Shown: positions 29,774-33,258 of the stretch, in pieces
Layout: each line of letters begins with the position of its first letter
How positions within the stretch are numbered: position 1 is the first letter of the stretch
From: Chlamydiales bacterium
Lineage (GTDB): Bacteria; Chlamydiota; Chlamydiia; Chlamydiales; JBDQID01
Reading direction: 5' to 3'
Assembly (NCBI GenBank): GCA_047611865.1
Contig: JBLFWS010000020.1
Location: 1 to 33,258, forward strand
DNA: 33,258 nt
Notes under the pieces: model-generated
What the model was told of the DNA's origin: nothing
Seen by the model: only the letters and a program-made list of their open reading frames with translations
Databases searched by the model: none
Made by a program: the position numbers and the translations under genes

Positions 29774-29788
29774 AGGGAAATTTGTGAT

Positions 29789-30391
29789 ATGACTATTTTT
29801 CGCTCACTAACGCTTTCTTTAATTTTTTTATCGTCTTCTCTTTTCGGTGAGGAAATTTCTGGGGAATTTTATAGTAGACTTTCCAGATCGGGATATTCGA
29901 TGACTAAACAACTTTTGGTTGTTAGTGTGTCAGAGCAGAAAATCAAAGTTTTTACTAATGGAAAACTAAAGTACTCCTATACCATTTCCACTGCAAAAAA
30001 TGGAATCGGGCAAGAAGTCGGCAGTGGACAAACTCCTTTGGGATTACACCGCGTTTCAGAAAAATTTGGCTATTCTTCAGCTCCTGATACGATTTTTGTT
30101 GGGAGGCAAAGTACTGGCAGAAAATGGGTTTTGGGCTCTGGAGGAGATCAAGACTTGATACTTACCCGTATCCTTTGGCTTGAGGGTCTTGAGCAAGGTT
30201 ATAACGCTGGATTGAATTCGGCAGGTAAATCAGTAGATTCTCGTAAAAGAATGATTTACATTCATGGGACAAATCATGAAGAACTCTTGGGAAAGCCTGT
30301 TTCAAAGGGATGTATCCGAATGGAAAAAAACGATGTTTTGGCAATCTTTGAAAGAGTTCCCAATGGCTCGCTGGTCTGGATTGAGAGTTGA
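29789..30391 (+). CDS. L,D-transpeptidase (YkuD family), signal peptide
   Basis: VSVSEQK, ISTAKNG.G, TPLG, IYIHGT...SKGCIRM catalytic motif. Confidence 0.9.
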   Translation: MTIFRSLTLSLIFLSSSLFGEEISGEFYSRLSRSGYSMTKQLLVVSVSEQKIKVFTNGKLKYSYTISTAKNGIGQEVGSGQTPLGLHRVSEKFGYSSAPDTIFVGRQSTGRKWVLGSGGDQDLILTRILWLEGLEQGYNAGLNSAGKSVDSRKRMIYIHGTNHEELLGKPVSKGCIRMEKNDVLAIFERVPNGSLVWIES

Positions 30392-30481
30392 TCTCCTGTT
30401 GAGTATAACTTAGCTATTTGTCTAAGTTTCGAGAGTCAGGAGCGTTCTCAATCATGACAAGATGTTTTCAAAACCAGAATT

Positions 30482-30502
30482 CCCTAATTGTAATACACGA
30501 CC
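30482..30502. repeat. Half copy of the mini inverted-repeat element end
   Basis: CCCTAATTGTAATACACGACC vs CCCTAATTTTAATACACGACC at 420-440 (20/21). Confidence 0.6.
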
Positions 30503-30753
30503 GGAATCAGCGTCCATTTTGCCTATTTCTCGTCAAAATATAGGCTTTTACTCGAATGTATTTTAAAAAGATTGCGGATTTGGCTCGAATTAGGCCATTT
30601 TTAAGGGGGGAAAGCAGAAATGTCCCATTTTAAAATATAGAGTATTGGATTTGTGAAGGCATATATTGCAAGATAAGGCGTAATAGTTTAATATTTATAT
30701 CCAGTTAGTATATTTGGGTTTAGCATCACACATAACTAAAATGGTGGGCGAAT

Positions 30754-31767
30754 ATGTCTTTTCCGAAGCTTTTGGGTTTAGTCACAGTTTTATTGTTTAG
30801 CAGCATCTTTGTTGCAGCTCTCTTAAAAGGGGGAAAAAATAAAGGTGAAAACAAACAAATTGTGGCGAATTCATCTCCCGTAGCTATAGTGCTTGATAAT
30901 CAGGTTGCTGAGGTTGTCGAGGGTGAAGCTGTATTTAACGACAACGCTAGCGAAACTCTTGTTCAAAAGAAAATGACTAGAGATGAAGACCTTCCCTATG
31001 CAGATCGCATAAACGAGCTCTTTAACACCGCCGAGCCCAAGCTCCCTTTCGTCGAAACAATATCTTATACTAGTAGAGTACCTTGGATTAAGGGACGCCC
31101 AGCATGGATAGCAGACTACGCTGCTCATTTTAAAACTTCTCGCTATTTCATTTCACGAAGCCTATCGAGAGCTAAAAATTACTTCGCACAAAATATTGTC
31201 AACGGAGATCGTTTCAATATTTTCAACAAAGATAAAGACTTTTCCTTTCACTTGGTCGTAGATATTTCACGTTCTAAGTTGTGGTTCTATGCTTATGATC
31301 ATGATAAAGAAGAAAAAACCTTATTGCGAACCTACGAGGTAGGTCTTGGTCGACTTGATGAACACCTGCCCTCCGGATCTCTAACTCCTCTCGGAACCTA
31401 TTCTTTTGGAAATCGTGTAGCTATCTATAAACCCGGTATAAAGGGATTCTTTAACCACAAAAAAGTGGAAATGATTCGTGTCTTTGGTAGCAGGTGGATT
31501 CCGTTTGAAGAGGAAATTTACGGTTGTACGGCTCCTGCTAAGGGCATGGGAATTCATGGCTTGCCATGGGGAGAAAATGAGAAAACAGGAAAGTTAGAGG
31601 AAGACCAAAGCAGTATCGGCATGTATGAAAGCGATGGATGTATCCGCCTTAAGACTGATGATATCGAAGAGCTGTATTCTATTGTGATCACACAGCCTAC
31701 GTATATTCACCTTGTGGCCGATTTTTTTGACGCTAAACTTCCAGGTTTGGGAAAAGCCTCTAAATAG
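30754..31767 (+). CDS. L,D-transpeptidase family protein, membrane anchored
   Basis: LVVDISRSKL, YEVGLG, TPLGTY, FGSRWI, IHG...SDGCIRL; N-terminal hydrophobic anchor. Confidence 0.85.
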   Translation: MSFPKLLGLVTVLLFSSIFVAALLKGGKNKGENKQIVANSSPVAIVLDNQVAEVVEGEAVFNDNASETLVQKKMTRDEDLPYADRINELFNTAEPKLPFVETISYTSRVPWIKGRPAWIADYAAHFKTSRYFISRSLSRAKNYFAQNIVNGDRFNIFNKDKDFSFHLVVDISRSKLWFYAYDHDKEEKTLLRTYEVGLGRLDEHLPSGSLTPLGTYSFGNRVAIYKPGIKGFFNHKKVEMIRVFGSRWIPFEEEIYGCTAPAKGMGIHGLPWGENEKTGKLEEDQSSIGMYESDGCIRLKTDDIEELYSIVITQPTYIHLVADFFDAKLPGLGKASK

Positions 31768-31779
31768 GTAGGAGAACCT

Positions 31780-32748
31780 TTGAATACTTTACCTCACGAA
31801 AAACAAATTGCAGAATACGAGAAAACCATCAATCTTCTCAAAGAGGAGAAAGATGATAAATCCCTTCTGAGCGAAAAAGATATCCTCAAACTGGAAACGA
31901 ATCTCGAAATACTTAAGAAGAATATCTACTCCAAGCTAACTCCTTGGGAGCGGATCACAATTTGTCGTCATCCACAACGGCCTAGAACCTTGGGTATTAT
32001 CGAAAATATCTGTGATAGCTTTACTGAGCTTTTCGGTGATAGGTACTTTGGCAATGACAATGCTGTTGTGGGGGGCCTTGCGAGAATTGGTGGATTAAAG
32101 TGTATTCTAATAGGCAATGAGAAAGGCTTCGATACCGAAAGCCGTGTCCATCGTAACTTTGGAATGCCAAATCCAGAAGGCTTCCGTAAAGCTCTAAGAC
32201 TTATGCGTCTTGCTGAGAAATTTGGCCTTCCCGTAGTTTCTCTTATTGATACCCCTGGAGCCTATCCTGGTCTTGCAGCTGAAGAGCGTGGACAAGCTTG
32301 GGCGATAGCTGAAAACCTCAGAGAAATGGTCCGACTAACGACGCCTATTATAGTGCTTGTTGTGGGAGAAGGTTGCTCCGGAGGAGCATTGGGAACTGCT
32401 GTCGGGGATGTTATTGGAATTCTTGAGCATGCCTACTTTTCTGTTATTTCGCCGGAAGGCTGTGCATCCATTTTATGGAAGGACGCTGGGAAAAGTACTG
32501 CTGCAGCTACAGCCCTCAAGCTGAATTCAGAAAATCTTATGGATCTGGGCATTGTCGATGAGGTCGTTAAAGAACCTCTTGGTGGAGCGCACAAGGATCC
32601 AAAGGAAATGTGCTCGAGGATAAAATCCTTTATCCTCAAACGATGGGAAGTTCTTAAGGAGCTCTCTCCAGAAGTTCTTCTTGAACAACGGTATCAAAAA
32701 TTTCGGAAAATGGGTAATCTCGCCCTAATGGAAAAACAGGAAGCCTAG
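31780..32748 (+). CDS. accA: Acetyl-CoA carboxylase carboxyltransferase alpha subunit
   Basis: [61 protein letters not shown] start with AGGAG SD. Confidence 0.97.
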   Translation: MNTLPHEKQIAEYEKTINLLKEEKDDKSLLSEKDILKLETNLEILKKNIYSKLTPWERITICRHPQRPRTLGIIENICDSFTELFGDRYFGNDNAVVGGLARIGGLKCILIGNEKGFDTESRVHRNFGMPNPEGFRKALRLMRLAEKFGLPVVSLIDTPGAYPGLAAEERGQAWAIAENLREMVRLTTPIIVLVVGEGCSGGALGTAVGDVIGILEHAYFSVISPEGCASILWKDAGKSTAAATALKLNSENLMDLGIVDEVVKEPLGGAHKDPKEMCSRIKSFILKRWEVLKELSPEVLLEQRYQKFRKMGNLALMEKQEA

Positions 32749-32765
32749 GGCGTGTATTAAAATTA
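32745..32765. repeat. Half copy of the mini inverted-repeat element end
   Basis: CTAGGGCGTGTATTAAAATTA is the reverse complement of TAATTTTAATACACG(A/C)CCTAG at 423-443; overlaps the accA stop. Confidence 0.6.
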
Positions 32766-32874
32766 CGAACGCCTGCTTTTTTGGACTTTTTCCCCACTTT
32801 TTTGATTTTTTTTGAAATTTCACGTTCGTTTATGACGAGATTTTCGTGATTCTAGACATCGAGAGTAATTAACA

Positions 32875-33258
32875 ATGCTACTATTATTTAAAACTGCTTT
32901 GCAAAACCGAAAGCATTATATTCTTTTGGTTTTTGCGGTGATTCTTATGTGGATGTCGACCATAGCCGGGCAGTCTGAAATGTTTGCCGCCGGTATTCTG
33001 ACAAATAAAGGGGCCGATGTTTTCGAACTTTTTGCTCCTGAAAAGGATGACAAGCTAGTACCTGGAAATGAAATTACCCTGAAAGACGTCAAAGATCGCT
33101 GGGACAGGATTGAAGTTGCAAAGAATGGGGTGATTACTCAGCAGGAAGCTAATGACTTCCTTATGCAAAAAGATAAGGGCAACCTGTTTAAAAGGACAGT
33201 TCACTTCGTTGATTCCAAATTGAATATCACCGGAAGTATTTTGAACCTTATGAAGTTG
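32875..33258 (+). CDS. msbA: ABC transporter permease/ATP-binding protein, MsbA-like (N-terminal part; runs off the window)
   Basis: Open frame MLLLFKTALQNRKHYILLVFAVILMW...QSEMFAAGILTNKGADVFELF. Position after accA matches the chlamydial gene order. ATPase motifs lie outside the window. Confidence 0.65.
   Translation, partial: MLLLFKTALQNRKHYILLVFAVILMWMSTIAGQSEMFAAGILTNKGADVFELFAPEKDDKLVPGNEITLKDVKDRWDRIEVAKNGVITQQEANDFLMQKDKGNLFKRTVHFVDSKLNITGSILNLMKL

Overview
This is a 33 kb chromosomal window that most likely comes from an environmental member of the phylum Chlamydiae. The evidence is pepF-groES-groEL linkage with a CIRCE box, an ihfA / L,D-transpeptidase-like / accA / msbA order, and chlamydia-type HPr and IHF proteins. 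Most of it is housekeeping: queA, lgt, ahcY, fcl, tRNA-Pro, recD2, Nif3, rpiA, DUF151 nuclease, ptsH, pepF, groES/EL, tRNA-Asn, nhaA, tyrS, ihfA, two YkuD L,D-transpeptidases, accA and the start of msbA. The standout is an accessory island after groEL (~17.6-23.0 kb). It encodes a 1138-aa protein with 22 near-identical 20-aa LRRs, hypervariable at a few positions, fused to a C-terminal domain carrying the sequence hallmarks of a eukaryotic-type HECT E3 ubiquitin ligase (GVDYGG, FVTG..LP, HTCxNxLDL, Phe at -4). This is a candidate LRR-HECT secreted effector. The gene is bracketed by an inverted pair of REP-like elements and sits beside an IS1-type remnant, an internally deleted IS1182 inserted in a REP-like hairpin, and the 5' end of a group II intron. 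A group II intron 3' end lies at the window start. Intergenic regions hold several small non-autonomous elements: an IS903-type MITE with a 9-bp TSD, a 166-bp palindromic element and a 38-bp mini inverted-repeat family. A consensus sigma54 promoter precedes an orphan gene. All calls are made by eye from motifs; no database searches were run.
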